64,000 nucleotides of DNA from Minisyncoccota bacterium (GTDB lineage Bacteria > Patescibacteriota > Minisyncoccia > Phycocordibacterales > Phycocordibacteraceae), in NCBI GenBank assembly GCA_022842945.1, contig JALHOO010000003.1, positions 14,458 to 78,457 on the forward strand, read 5' to 3'. The stretch's first letter is position 1; every line of letters starts with the position of its first letter. Below, one piece after another: positions 28,133-35,633 of this stretch. The position numbers were made by a program, and so were the translations under genes. The notes beneath the pieces were generated by a model that saw nothing but the letters and a program-made list of their open reading frames with translations, ran no database searches and was not told where the DNA came from.

Positions 28133-28171
28133 AAAACCATATACCTTCCTTGCCTCCTAGCTTTAAAAATC

Positions 28172-28214
28172 ACACCTCCAGCTGGTAAGGCTGGAGGTGG
28201 TCGTCTTGTTTTCA
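28172..28214 (+). terminator. Bidirectional hairpin terminator between convergent cassette genes
   Basis: CACCTCCAGC-TGGTAAG-GCTGGAGGTG followed by GTCGTCTTGTTTTC. Confidence 0.6.
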
Positions 28215-28406
28215 GGCATGGCGTGCAATCAGCCCAAGCTCGTGTTGAGAAAGTCCCAGCTGTTCTGCAGTGAGACCGCGTTTGAGATCCTTCTCCAGTC
28301 TTACAATACGAACCGAAGTCTTGTCTCCTGAATGGAGAGCCTGAAGAAGTTCTTGGGCGTTCTCTTTCGCAGCAGCCAGTACGTTTGGCGTAATTGATTT
28401 GGCCAT
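28212..28406 (-). CDS. Cassette gene (inverted): small hypothetical protein (64 aa)
   Basis: MAKSITPNVLAAAKENAQELLQALHSG... on the minus strand between the terminator and repeat copy 11. Confidence 0.4.
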   Translation of the reverse strand: MAKSITPNVLAAAKENAQELLQALHSGDKTSVRIVRLEKDLKRGLTAEQLGLSQHELGLIARHA

Positions 28407-28453
28407 AGTTCTTGTCCCGTGTTGCTCCTAGACAAAACCTAGCACAGTTGCAT

Positions 28454-28487
28454 AAAGGTTCCAACATCGTCCCAGACACCCAGCAAT
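28454..28487 (+). repeat. Cassette-boundary element copy 11
   Basis: AAAGGTTCCAACATCGTCCCAGACACCCAGCAAT. Confidence 0.9.
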
Positions 28488-28506
28488 CATCTGCTCAGGT
28501 ATATAC

Positions 28507-28804
28507 TATAGAAATTATGGAAACCCTCATTGCGAAGATAGTTCTTTGGGCAATAGCGATGTCTATGGTGCTTTTGCTGATAAGAGCCGCAAGAATTGGA
28601 AGAATTCCGGCACTCCGTCCACCTGGAGTTTATTACAAGGGCAAGGAAGGGCGGGTTGATGTGCACAAAGAGCCAATTCTGTTTTGGTTTAATTGCACTG
28701 TGATATTGCTGGTTACTTTAATTGCTCTTGGCATAATCTTTGAGGTACCGTTCTCAATCTTTGATTTTGGAGCAGATGCTGTTGAAGCACTCAATTTGAA
28801 TTAA
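28507..28804 (+). CDS. Cassette gene: small two-TM membrane protein
   Basis: METLIAKIVLWAIAMSMVLLLIRAA...ILLVTLIALGIIFEV. The stop TAA abuts repeat copy 12. Confidence 0.45.
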
Positions 28805-28838
28805 AAAGGTTCCAACATCGTCCAAGACTGCCAGCAGA
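28805..28838 (+). repeat. Cassette-boundary element copy 12 (last)
   Basis: AAAGGTTCCAACATCGTCCAAGACTGCCAGCAGA. Confidence 0.85.
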
Positions 28839-28946
28839 CTTTCTAGTGAGGCCATTTTAGGTGCATTAGCTAGTGGAGGCGCTCTTTCTTACTCAGTCTC
28901 ACTAAAAACAGGTGGTTTAATTTTTCTTGCACGCTATACTTAGCAT

Positions 28947-29147
28947 ATGGAATCACTCATTTCTTTCGTATCAGCACTCACACTCACCCTTACCACGTGG
29001 TTGGGTCTCGTCGAGCAATCAGTAACGAACATTACTGATCTTGGAGCTATTGATGCAACTCTAAATCAACTTACCGAACTGGGTTCTTCGACAATTGAAG
29101 AGCTGGTTGTGGGCGAAGAGGGAAGTGAACCGACCGAAGGGAATTAA
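28947..29147 (+). CDS. Small hypothetical protein (66 aa) downstream of the last repeat copy
   Basis: Preceded by CGCTATACT-N6-ATG, like the cassette genes. Confidence 0.35.
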   Translation: MESLISFVSALTLTLTTWLGLVEQSVTNITDLGAIDATLNQLTELGSSTIEELVVGEEGSEPTEGN

Positions 29148-29339
29148 TTTCTATAGCGTCGCGGCATGATGCATGGGTGTTGGTTGCTGAGGCCATGCTA
29201 AATCGAGTGTGTTAGCTCGAAGCGTCTAATCATGCGAAGCGGTGGGAAGTCCTCTCTTTCAGAATAGCTAGATTTTCTCGAGTATCATCCGAGACTAAAC
29301 ACAAAAGCCGGGTTCCAAGGAATCCGGCTTCGAGCATTG

Positions 29340-29558
29340 CTACGGACGAGTCTCAGGAACGCGAGGGAGGGCGAAGGGTTCATTGCTGAACCGGATGTCG
29401 CCTGCACTTGCGGCAAGGTCGGTTGCGACACTTGCAGAGACTTGTGCACCCCGAAGGAATGCAATAGCGGTAGCTTCAATTTCTGAAAGGACCCCGGGAA
29501 GCAGAAGCTTGAGGACGATGATGACAATCCCGAGTCCTATGGCTTTGGTAAATGCCAT
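29340..29558 (-). CDS. Small hydrophobic protein (72 aa)
   Basis: MAFTKAIGLGIVIIVLKLLLPGVL TM helix. A hairpin GCCGGGTTCC-AAGG-AATCCGGC lies just downstream at 29301-29330. Confidence 0.35.
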   Translation of the reverse strand: MAFTKAIGLGIVIIVLKLLLPGVLSEIEATAIAFLRGAQVSASVATDLAASAGDIRFSNEPFALPRVPETRP

Positions 29559-29755
29559 ACGCGTAGACGTAAGTGGATAAGGGAACGGAGATCTGGAACA
29601 GATCTCGCATCAATCGTCTTTCAAGGTCCTGGCTCCCTCTACTTATAAGAACACTATCTCCTGGGAATAGGTTTCAGGAGCGGGTAGACGAGCTAGTACA
29701 CGCGGGCGTATAGTACCGGAGGATAAGAGGGCATAGTGCCCAGGAGGATATAGAA

Positions 29756-30262
29756 ATGGGAGTGCGAGGTGTCACACATGCTGCTGGGTGGACGCCAGAT
29801 AGGCTCGACTCTCTTAAGAAACTTTGGCTTGCAGGCAAATCTGCAAGCCAGGTCGCAGAAGAGCTTGCTGGCGGAGTTACAAGAAGTGGCGTTTTAGGAA
29901 AGGTTCGTGATCTAGGTCTTTCTGGAGATGGGGCGCCGACGCGGTCTACCCGCTCGTCGTTCAAGCCGAAAAAGCGGGCACCACAGAAACCTTCGACGGC
30001 CGATAAGTCATCAGAGGTTCCAGCAACGCCCGCAAAGCCTCCCGTCCCGGAATTGCCCGGGACAGCGAACATCGAGACGCTCGGCGCACACATGTGCAAG
30101 TGGCCTATCGGAGACCCTGACAACACGTCCTTCTCCTTCTGTGGGAGAAGGACAGACGGTAGGTGTGTGTACTGTGTTGAACACGCACGCGTGGCATACC
30201 AGCCCAAAAGCAAGAATCCAAATTCGAACCGGGTGTATGTACACCCATCTCACTATCGTTAA
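29756..30262 (+). CDS. GcrA-like cell-cycle regulator family protein
   Basis: N-terminal WTPDRLDSLKKLWLAGKSASQVAEELAGGVTRSGVLGKVRDLGLS and C-terminal CKWPIGDP...FCG..C.YC.EH match the conserved N- and C-terminal blocks of the GcrA family (PF07750). Confidence 0.7.
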   Translation: MGVRGVTHAAGWTPDRLDSLKKLWLAGKSASQVAEELAGGVTRSGVLGKVRDLGLSGDGAPTRSTRSSFKPKKRAPQKPSTADKSSEVPATPAKPPVPELPGTANIETLGAHMCKWPIGDPDNTSFSFCGRRTDGRCVYCVEHARVAYQPKSKNPNSNRVYVHPSHYR

Positions 30263-30273
30263 TCACAACCTGA

Positions 30274-30312
30274 AGAGGCCGCTTCGCAAACGCGAAGCGG
30301 CCTCATTCCTTT
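30274..30312 (+). terminator. Bidirectional terminator
   Basis: GAGGCCGCTTCGC-AAA-CGCGAAGCGGCCTC followed by ATTCCTTT. Confidence 0.65.
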
Positions 30313-30324
30313 AGGTTGTATGCA

Positions 30325-30491
30325 TTACGCGTCCGCCCGTTCAGCTGCGTCTGCCGCCTCATCTTTGCGGTCTGCAGCCTCATCTAGATTACGCGCAGCT
30401 GCATCATGGTCTTCCTGGGTCCTGCGCTCGTCGTCTGCACGCTGGCGGTCTTCTTCTGCGCTCTCGCGGATGTCATCAGATGGATCAATCA
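30325..30491 (-). CDS. Possible small acidic protein (55 aa), not in the ORF track
   Basis: Minus-strand MIDPSDDIRESAEEDRQRADDERRTQEDHDAAARNLDEAADRKDEAADAAERADA. It ends right at the bidirectional terminator. Confidence 0.3.
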
Positions 30492-30546
30492 TAGGAATGG
30501 GTAGTTACGCTAACCCTTTCTGTATACCAGTCGGTATATGGAGGGT

Positions 30547-30969
30547 TTATGAAGGATTGGTGTCCTTCTTTTCAAACTCCAGCGCTACAGAATTGATGCA
30601 ATAGTGTTTGCGGTCCTCGTTCTGAACGGTCTCGTCGAACACGTGGCCCAAGTGGCTTCCGCAATTCTTGCAGAATACCTCGGTGCGTACCATACCGTGT
30701 GAAGTATCAGGCCTCAATCCAATGTTCTCCATGAGAGCTGCATCTGAGAACGAGGGCCAGCCATGGAGGCCTGGTCCACTTTCACTCGAATCAAGCTTCT
30801 TATCTGACGAAAAGAGAAGCACCTTGCATGCCTTGCAATGGTACATACCCTCGGTGTCTGTAGTTACGTACGCGCCGCTAAAGGGCGTCTCTGTGGAGCC
30901 TTCGCGGAGCACCGCATACTCCTCAGGGCTCAGCAGCTTCTTCCATTCCTCTTCGGTCATTTGGGACAT
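30547..30969 (-). CDS. msrB: Peptide-methionine (R)-S-oxide reductase MsrB
   Basis: SelR domain with the zinc-binding CxxC pairs (YHCKACKV, FCKNCGSHLGHVF) and the GWPSF motif. Start is set at MSQMTEEEW. Confidence 0.85.
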   Translation of the reverse strand: MSQMTEEEWKKLLSPEEYAVLREGSTETPFSGAYVTTDTEGMYHCKACKVLLFSSDKKLDSSESGPGLHGWPSFSDAALMENIGLRPDTSHGMVRTEVFCKNCGSHLGHVFDETVQNEDRKHYCINSVALEFEKKDTNPS

Positions 30970-31041
30970 ATCCATGCCTACATCATACCGTTCAACCATG
31001 AAGGTTGCCGGTACGGGAGTGTACGGGGTAAGATTATGTTC

Positions 31042-31488
31042 ATGAATCGCACCCTCCTTGTTGTTCTTTTGGTTGTCCTCTCGCTCTTTGGCATCGTAGA
31101 CTCTTGGTACCTGTATCAGAGTGCGGTCACCGACACTGCGCTTACGTGCGACATCGGGGCCGGGCTTGATGGATGCAACATTGTGGCGCAAAGTCCGTAC
31201 TCTCAGTTCATGGGACTCCCGCTCGCGCTTTATGGGATAGGATTCTTCTCCCTGTTGTTTATGCTTAGCATGGCACTACTCGTGCTTCCTGTGCGCCTCC
31301 TCTATCGTGCAATCTACATCCTCTCTCTCCTTGGGGCTGTAGCGTCGGTAGTATTCTTGTTTATCCAATTCGCCCTCATTAAAGCTATCTGCATATACTG
31401 CATCGCCTCTGCGGGTATCGTGTTCGGTATGTACGTAGTTTCAAGAGTGCTGTGGAAGCGGTTCACACCGTCTGTGCCTTCACTATAG
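31042..31488 (+). CDS. Vitamin K epoxide reductase (VKOR) family membrane protein
   Basis: 4-TM protein with loop cysteines (CDIGAGLDGC) and the active-site CIYC. Start is set at MNRTLLVV. Confidence 0.7.
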   Translation: MNRTLLVVLLVVLSLFGIVDSWYLYQSAVTDTALTCDIGAGLDGCNIVAQSPYSQFMGLPLALYGIGFFSLLFMLSMALLVLPVRLLYRAIYILSLLGAVASVVFLFIQFALIKAICIYCIASAGIVFGMYVVSRVLWKRFTPSVPSL

Positions 31489-31491
31489 AAA

Positions 31492-31986
31492 ATGGGTATC
31501 TACCAATCTAGCGGAAGACAGAATCAGGGATTCACGCTCATCGAGCTCCTGGTGGTGATTGCGATTATCGGTCTCCTCTCCTCCATAGTCCTTGCGAGCC
31601 TGAGCACGTCTCGAAACAAAGCGCGGTTAACCAAGGCGGTCTTAACCATGCAAGAGATTAACAAGACCGCGTATCTCTGTAGTTTGAGTGGTACAGCGGT
31701 AAATATCCCCCCTACAGGTTCAACCGGGGGCACTGCAGTTTGTGCAACAGAACCAATGATTCTTCCGAATCTGAATGATATTGGTTTTACCTATTGCGGC
31801 TCGGGAGGGTGTGGGGGATGGACGGGCAGCAGCGACAGCTATGCAATCTCAATTTATTCCGATGCGTATCCTGGCCAAAGAAAGATCGTGATATGCGGTT
31901 CCAACTACAACGCCAGTGGATGGTTCTTTTCAGGCTCATCCTTTAACTTTTCAGGTACCACAGGCTGCTTGAAGAGCGGATTCTAG
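31492..31986 (+). CDS. Type IV pilin-like protein (prepilin-type N-terminal cleavage/methylation domain)
   Basis: GFTLIELLVVIAIIGLLSSIVLASL after a short leader. Confidence 0.7.
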   Translation: MGIYQSSGRQNQGFTLIELLVVIAIIGLLSSIVLASLSTSRNKARLTKAVLTMQEINKTAYLCSLSGTAVNIPPTGSTGGTAVCATEPMILPNLNDIGFTYCGSGGCGGWTGSSDSYAISIYSDAYPGQRKIVICGSNYNASGWFFSGSSFNFSGTTGCLKSGF

Positions 31987-32027
31987 ACATCTTGACGATT
32001 GTCGGATTGTGCTAGAATGGTCCCACC

Positions 32028-33188
32028 ATGACCTATCCTCGGATTCTGGCGGTCATCCTCCTCGGGGTACTCACCGTGCCTCTCAGTGCTTCTGCGGCAA
32101 CCTTCTTTAGCGAACGAACTATTGTGGTGTCTGAGGCCCCAGAGGACAACCTGTATCTTGCCGGAACAGATGTAACGGTTGCCACCGCTCTTCAGGCAGA
32201 CGTACTTGCCCTCGGCGGTACACTGAGTCTTCGTGCTCCTATTGCACACGACGCACTTCTTGCGGGCGGCACCATTGTTGTTGACGGAGATGTGGGAGGA
32301 GACCTGCGTGCTGTTGGTGCGCGCATTGTGGTTACCGGTGACGTTACCGGGGACCTCTCACTCGCAGGTGGCACCATTATTACCTCGTCCTCAGCCCAGG
32401 ACGCACGTATGGTAGGGGGGTCGCTGCGGGTGAACGGGGGAGGTGCACGAACGGTGCTCTATGGCGCTGACGTACATCTCGCAGGAAGCTTCACAGGAGA
32501 CGTGGAGGTTGTGGCCTCTGACAGTCTTACGCTTGCAGAAGGAACCGTTATCGAAGGAACGCTCCGCTATGACGCTCCTCAGGAAGTTACGCTTCCAGCG
32601 ACAGCGACGGTAGCTGAAGGAGTTACATACACCGGTTCGTCTTCATATCTGCCAACGGTGGAGCAGGCCAAAACCTTCGCTATCGCAGGAGCGAGCGTGT
32701 TTCTCGTAGTACGTATTCTGTCGCTTGTTATTGCCGCTGCGCTTCTTGCAGGGCTCTTCCCAGCATTCGCACAGAAGGTCTCAGATCGCGTACTCTCTCG
32801 TACTCCGGGAAGGTTTGCGCTCCTTGCGCTCCTTGGCTTTGCGGTTGTTATTGCAACCCCGGTACTCATATTCCTTCTCCTCGTATCGTTTGTGGGTATG
32901 TCCGTTGCCTTCGTTATGCTCTTTGGATACTTGCTCCTTATCATGCTGGCATATCTCTATGCCGGCATAATCGCAGGAGCGTCTCTCGCACAAGGCCTGT
33001 TTAAGCGCACCCAGGTTACCTGGAAGTTCGCAGTACTTGGTATGCTCGGTCTCTATCTTGTGGGCACCGTCCCGGTTATTGGCGGACTCATTGTTTCCAT
33101 ACTCTTCTTTGCGGCCGCCGGCGCTATTGTGGCGATAGCGCACCGTGCGGTGTTTGGGCGTCTCCCGGAAGATATAGCCGCTGAATAG
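32028..33188 (+). CDS. Membrane protein with N-terminal secreted repeat (beta-helix/bactofilin-like) region and C-terminal multi-TM domain
   Basis: Signal peptide, then repeated G-[DT]-[VL]-x-G-D-L segments (GTDVTVATAL, GDVGGDLRAVGARIVVTGDVTGDLSLAGGTII), then 4-5 TM helices. Confidence 0.5.
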   Translation: MTYPRILAVILLGVLTVPLSASAATFFSERTIVVSEAPEDNLYLAGTDVTVATALQADVLALGGTLSLRAPIAHDALLAGGTIVVDGDVGGDLRAVGARIVVTGDVTGDLSLAGGTIITSSSAQDARMVGGSLRVNGGGARTVLYGADVHLAGSFTGDVEVVASDSLTLAEGTVIEGTLRYDAPQEVTLPATATVAEGVTYTGSSSYLPTVEQAKTFAIAGASVFLVVRILSLVIAAALLAGLFPAFAQKVSDRVLSRTPGRFALLALLGFAVVIATPVLIFLLLVSFVGMSVAFVMLFGYLLLIMLAYLYAGIIAGASLAQGLFKRTQVTWKFAVLGMLGLYLVGTVPVIGGLIVSILFFAAAGAIVAIAHRAVFGRLPEDIAAE

Positions 33189-33192
33189 TCCT

Positions 33193-33657
33193 ATGATTCC
33201 TCAGATAGGCACAATAGCTCCAGACTTTACGCTTCTTGATCAGGACGGCGTTTCTCATACACTCTCATCACACAAAGGAACTAACGTTCTTATCTATTTC
33301 TATCCGAAGGACAATACCCCAGGCTGCACCAAGCAGGCCTGTGCATTGCGCGATGCTATGCCCGAGCTTTCAAAACTCGACGCTATTGTCTTTGGTGTTT
33401 CGGCAGACTCTGTTATCAGCCACAAGAAGTTCGCCGAGAAGTATGGCCTCCCGTTTACGCTGCTCGCAGACGAGGATCACGCGGTCTCAGAAGCCTATGG
33501 TGTGTGGGGTACCAAGAAGATGATGGGGCACGAGTTTCAGGGTATACGCCGCACCTCGTTTCTTATAAGCAAAGAGGGAATGATTGAGAAGGTGTACGAG
33601 AACGTAAAGCCAGAACTCCATGCGGATCAGGTGCTCGCTGATCTTGCACATGCCTAG
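33193..33657 (+). CDS. bcp: Thiol peroxidase / peroxiredoxin Bcp (AhpC/TSA family)
   Basis: APDFTLLDQDGVSHTLSSHKGTNVLIYFYPKDNTPGCTKQACALRD contains the peroxidatic-Cys motif. Confidence 0.85.
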   Translation: MIPQIGTIAPDFTLLDQDGVSHTLSSHKGTNVLIYFYPKDNTPGCTKQACALRDAMPELSKLDAIVFGVSADSVISHKKFAEKYGLPFTLLADEDHAVSEAYGVWGTKKMMGHEFQGIRRTSFLISKEGMIEKVYENVKPELHADQVLADLAHA

Positions 33658-34315
33658 TACACCAGAGCAACGCAAAGCACGTGCACAGAAGCTAGTTCGC
33701 TACCTGAAGAAAGCCTATCCGGTCCCCGAGACTGAGCTTGAGTTCACTACACCCATACAACTGGTTGTTGCGGTTATGCTGTCTGCGCAGTCTACCGATA
33801 AGCGCGTGAATCTTGTAACAAAGACACTGTTTACGAAGTACAAGACCGTGAGGGATTTTGCCGAAGCAGACCCGGCCAATTTCACAGAGCAGATTTCCTC
33901 CATAACGTTCTTTAGGAACAAAGCCCGCCACATCATTGCAACTGCAAAGATGATCCAGGAAGAGTTCGGCGGGAAAGTTCCGAAGACTGAGAAAGAGCTC
34001 GTGCGCCTTCCGGGTGTGGCATACAAGACCGCACACGTGATTCTCGGAGAACTGCACGGTATATGGGAGGGTATACCAACTGACACTCATGTGCGCCGCT
34101 TTGCGCTTAAATTTGACCTTACGGACAGAACCGAACTCACAAAGATCTCCAAAGACCTTGAGCTCCTCATACCAAAGGAAGACTGGAAATATGTTAACAA
34201 CGGGCTCGTGCTGTATGGCCGCTACGTATGCAAGGCAACGCCGCATGCTTGCGAGGATCATGCGTTAACCAAGTTGTGGCCGCAGGCTGCAGAGCGGTGG
34301 CCGAAGGCGAAGTAA
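33650..34315 (+). CDS. nth: Endonuclease III-like HhH-GPD DNA glycosylase
   Basis: LVVAVMLSAQSTDKRVN, the HhH segment LPGVAYKTAHVIL and a catalytic D. Start is set at MPSTPEQ, overlapping the bcp stop by 8 nt. The C-terminus has only a partial Fe-S cysteine cluster. Confidence 0.7.
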   Translation: MPSTPEQRKARAQKLVRYLKKAYPVPETELEFTTPIQLVVAVMLSAQSTDKRVNLVTKTLFTKYKTVRDFAEADPANFTEQISSITFFRNKARHIIATAKMIQEEFGGKVPKTEKELVRLPGVAYKTAHVILGELHGIWEGIPTDTHVRRFALKFDLTDRTELTKISKDLELLIPKEDWKYVNNGLVLYGRYVCKATPHACEDHALTKLWPQAAERWPKAK

Positions 34316-34524
34316 TTGCCATATCATCCAGTCAGGCTTATATTCTTCTGTAGGTTCTTGGTTTCTTGCGAGAGGGTCGAGATCACTTACGATCAGGTCC
34401 TAGTGAGCCTGGATGGAGTACTCCTTCGTCCTAAGGTAACGCCCTTCCATAAGGCGACCATTCTCACACAGAGACCAACACCATTGTCCCTTGAGCCCAC
34501 TCACACGTGAACCAAGAACCTACC

Positions 34525-34554
34525 TCGCCCCCTCTGCTTTGGGGGCGTTTCTTT
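34525..34554 (+). terminator. Rho-independent terminator
   Basis: CGCCCCC-TCTGCTT-TGGGGGCG followed by TTTCTTTT. Confidence 0.65.
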
Positions 34555-34573
34555 TATCCTTAGAACAGCGCAT

Positions 34574-34831
34574 TTGGTATACTTGAATGATATGGAAAAG
34601 AAACTCACCAGAAGCAGGAAGAACAGGGTACTTGCAGGTGTTATGGGAGGTCTCGGAGAGTTCTTTGGTGTTGACCCAGTACTCCTTCGCCTTGGGTACC
34701 TCATCCTTACGGTATTCTCCGGATTCCTTCCCGGCTTTATTGGATACATGCTCGCTATCCTCATAGTGCCTGAGGAGCCTCTCTCGGTGCCTTCTACGCC
34801 TGCGGAGGCACATGACACCGAAACGGTTTAG
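34574..34831 (+). CDS. PspC-domain membrane protein
   Basis: LTRSRKNRVLAGVMGGLGEFFGVDPVLLRLGYLILTVF matches the PspC domain core. An alternative start at MEKK (34592) is possible. Confidence 0.65.
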   Translation: MVYLNDMEKKLTRSRKNRVLAGVMGGLGEFFGVDPVLLRLGYLILTVFSGFLPGFIGYMLAILIVPEEPLSVPSTPAEAHDTETV

Positions 34832-35621
34832 GACGCTTGTCCTCACACATTACGCGCAGTCTGGCAGGCATACGCTTCCGTGGAGAGAGACGAAGGATCC
34901 GTACAAGATCCTGGTGTCTGAAATCATGCTGCAGCAGACGCAGGTTGAGCGTGTTATCCCGTTCTACCAGACCTTCCTCAAAGAGTTTCCAACGGTAGGG
35001 GTGCTCGCAGAGGCACCTCTTTCGTCTGTGCTCGTACGCTGGCAGGGTCTAGGCTACAACCGTCGTGCAAAGATGTTGCATGAAGCGAGTAAGGCAATTG
35101 TTCGCGACTATGCAGGGAAGATGCCAAGGACGGTTGAAGAGCTCGAGAAGCTTCCAGGGATAGGACCCTATACCGCTCGTGCGGTTGCGGCGTTCGCATA
35201 CAACCAGGACGTAGTATTTGTTGAGACAAACCTACGCACCGCGGTTATCCATCACTTCTTTCCTGGAGAAGCGAAGGTTAGCGATGTGCAGATATATCCC
35301 ATACTTGAGAAAGCGCTCGTGCAGGGAGATGCGCGTACCTGGTACGCGGCACTCATGGACTACGGTTCCTTCCTCAAGCGCTCCGGTGTGCGAGTAAACG
35401 CAAAGAGTGCGCACTATGCGAAGCAAGCACCCTTCAAAGGGTCCGGAAGGGAGGCAAGAGGAGCGATATTGAGAGCGCTTATGGACGGTGCAAAAACTGA
35501 GAAAGCGCTTCTAGGCACCTTCGAGACTGATAGGGCTGAACAGATACAGGAGCAACTTGTTAAGCTTCAGAAGGAAGGTCTTATACAAAAGACGGGAGCT
35601 AGATACCTCCTGTCTGCATAA
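34812..35621 (+). CDS. MutY-like HhH-GPD DNA glycosylase (A/G-specific adenine glycosylase family, no C-terminal NUDIX-like domain)
   Basis: LPWRETKDPYKILVSEIMLQQTQVERVIPFY and LPGIGPYTARAVAAFAY match the MutY N-terminal and HhH blocks. Confidence 0.6.
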   Translation: MTPKRFRTLVLTHYAQSGRHTLPWRETKDPYKILVSEIMLQQTQVERVIPFYQTFLKEFPTVGVLAEAPLSSVLVRWQGLGYNRRAKMLHEASKAIVRDYAGKMPRTVEELEKLPGIGPYTARAVAAFAYNQDVVFVETNLRTAVIHHFFPGEAKVSDVQIYPILEKALVQGDARTWYAALMDYGSFLKRSGVRVNAKSAHYAKQAPFKGSGREARGAILRALMDGAKTEKALLGTFETDRAEQIQEQLVKLQKEGLIQKTGARYLLSA

Positions 35622-35633
35622 CCCTGCTACGAT

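Larger units (their letters stand above)
22677..28838 (+). repeat. Array of at least 12 direct copies of a ~34-bp element (consensus AAGGTTCCAACATCGTCCCAGACTGCCAGCAATA) delimiting single-gene cassettes
   Basis: Copies at 22677-22690 (3' half only), 22938-22969 (degenerate), 23396-23424, 24219-24250, 24717-24740 (internal 11-bp deletion), 25419-25453, 26039-26072, 26743-26775, 26953-26986, 27619-27652, 28454-28487 and 28805-28838. All are in the same orientation and each starts at or within 3 nt of the upstream stop codon. Confidence 0.9.

Noticed and set aside
22677-28838. CRISPR array interpretation of the 34-bp direct repeats
   Set aside because: Spacing is irregular (200-840 bp), the intervening sequences are full-length protein-coding genes rather than 25-50-bp spacers, and no cas genes are present.
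22677-28838. Canonical integron attC sites
   Set aside because: The element shows no internal imperfect dyad symmetry, and there is no RYYYAAC/GTTRRRY pair flanking each site. No GTT core precedes the downstream ATG. The conserved part is ~34 bp, and no intI-like tyrosine recombinase gene is in the window. I kept the observation as an integron-like finding rather than a call.
30320-30604. Plus-strand 94-aa ORF (S/A/R-rich)
   Set aside because: It is a low-complexity translation of the complementary strand of a more plausible 55-aa acidic ORF (30325-30491, minus) that ends at the bidirectional terminator. Even that one is kept only at low confidence.
34316-34520. SRP RNA (ffs) in the nth-pspC gap
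   Set aside because: A TCAGGTCC stretch resembles the start of SRP domain IV, but the conserved GGAAGCAGCCAAGG segment and the symmetric-loop pattern are absent. It is retained only as an unassigned region.
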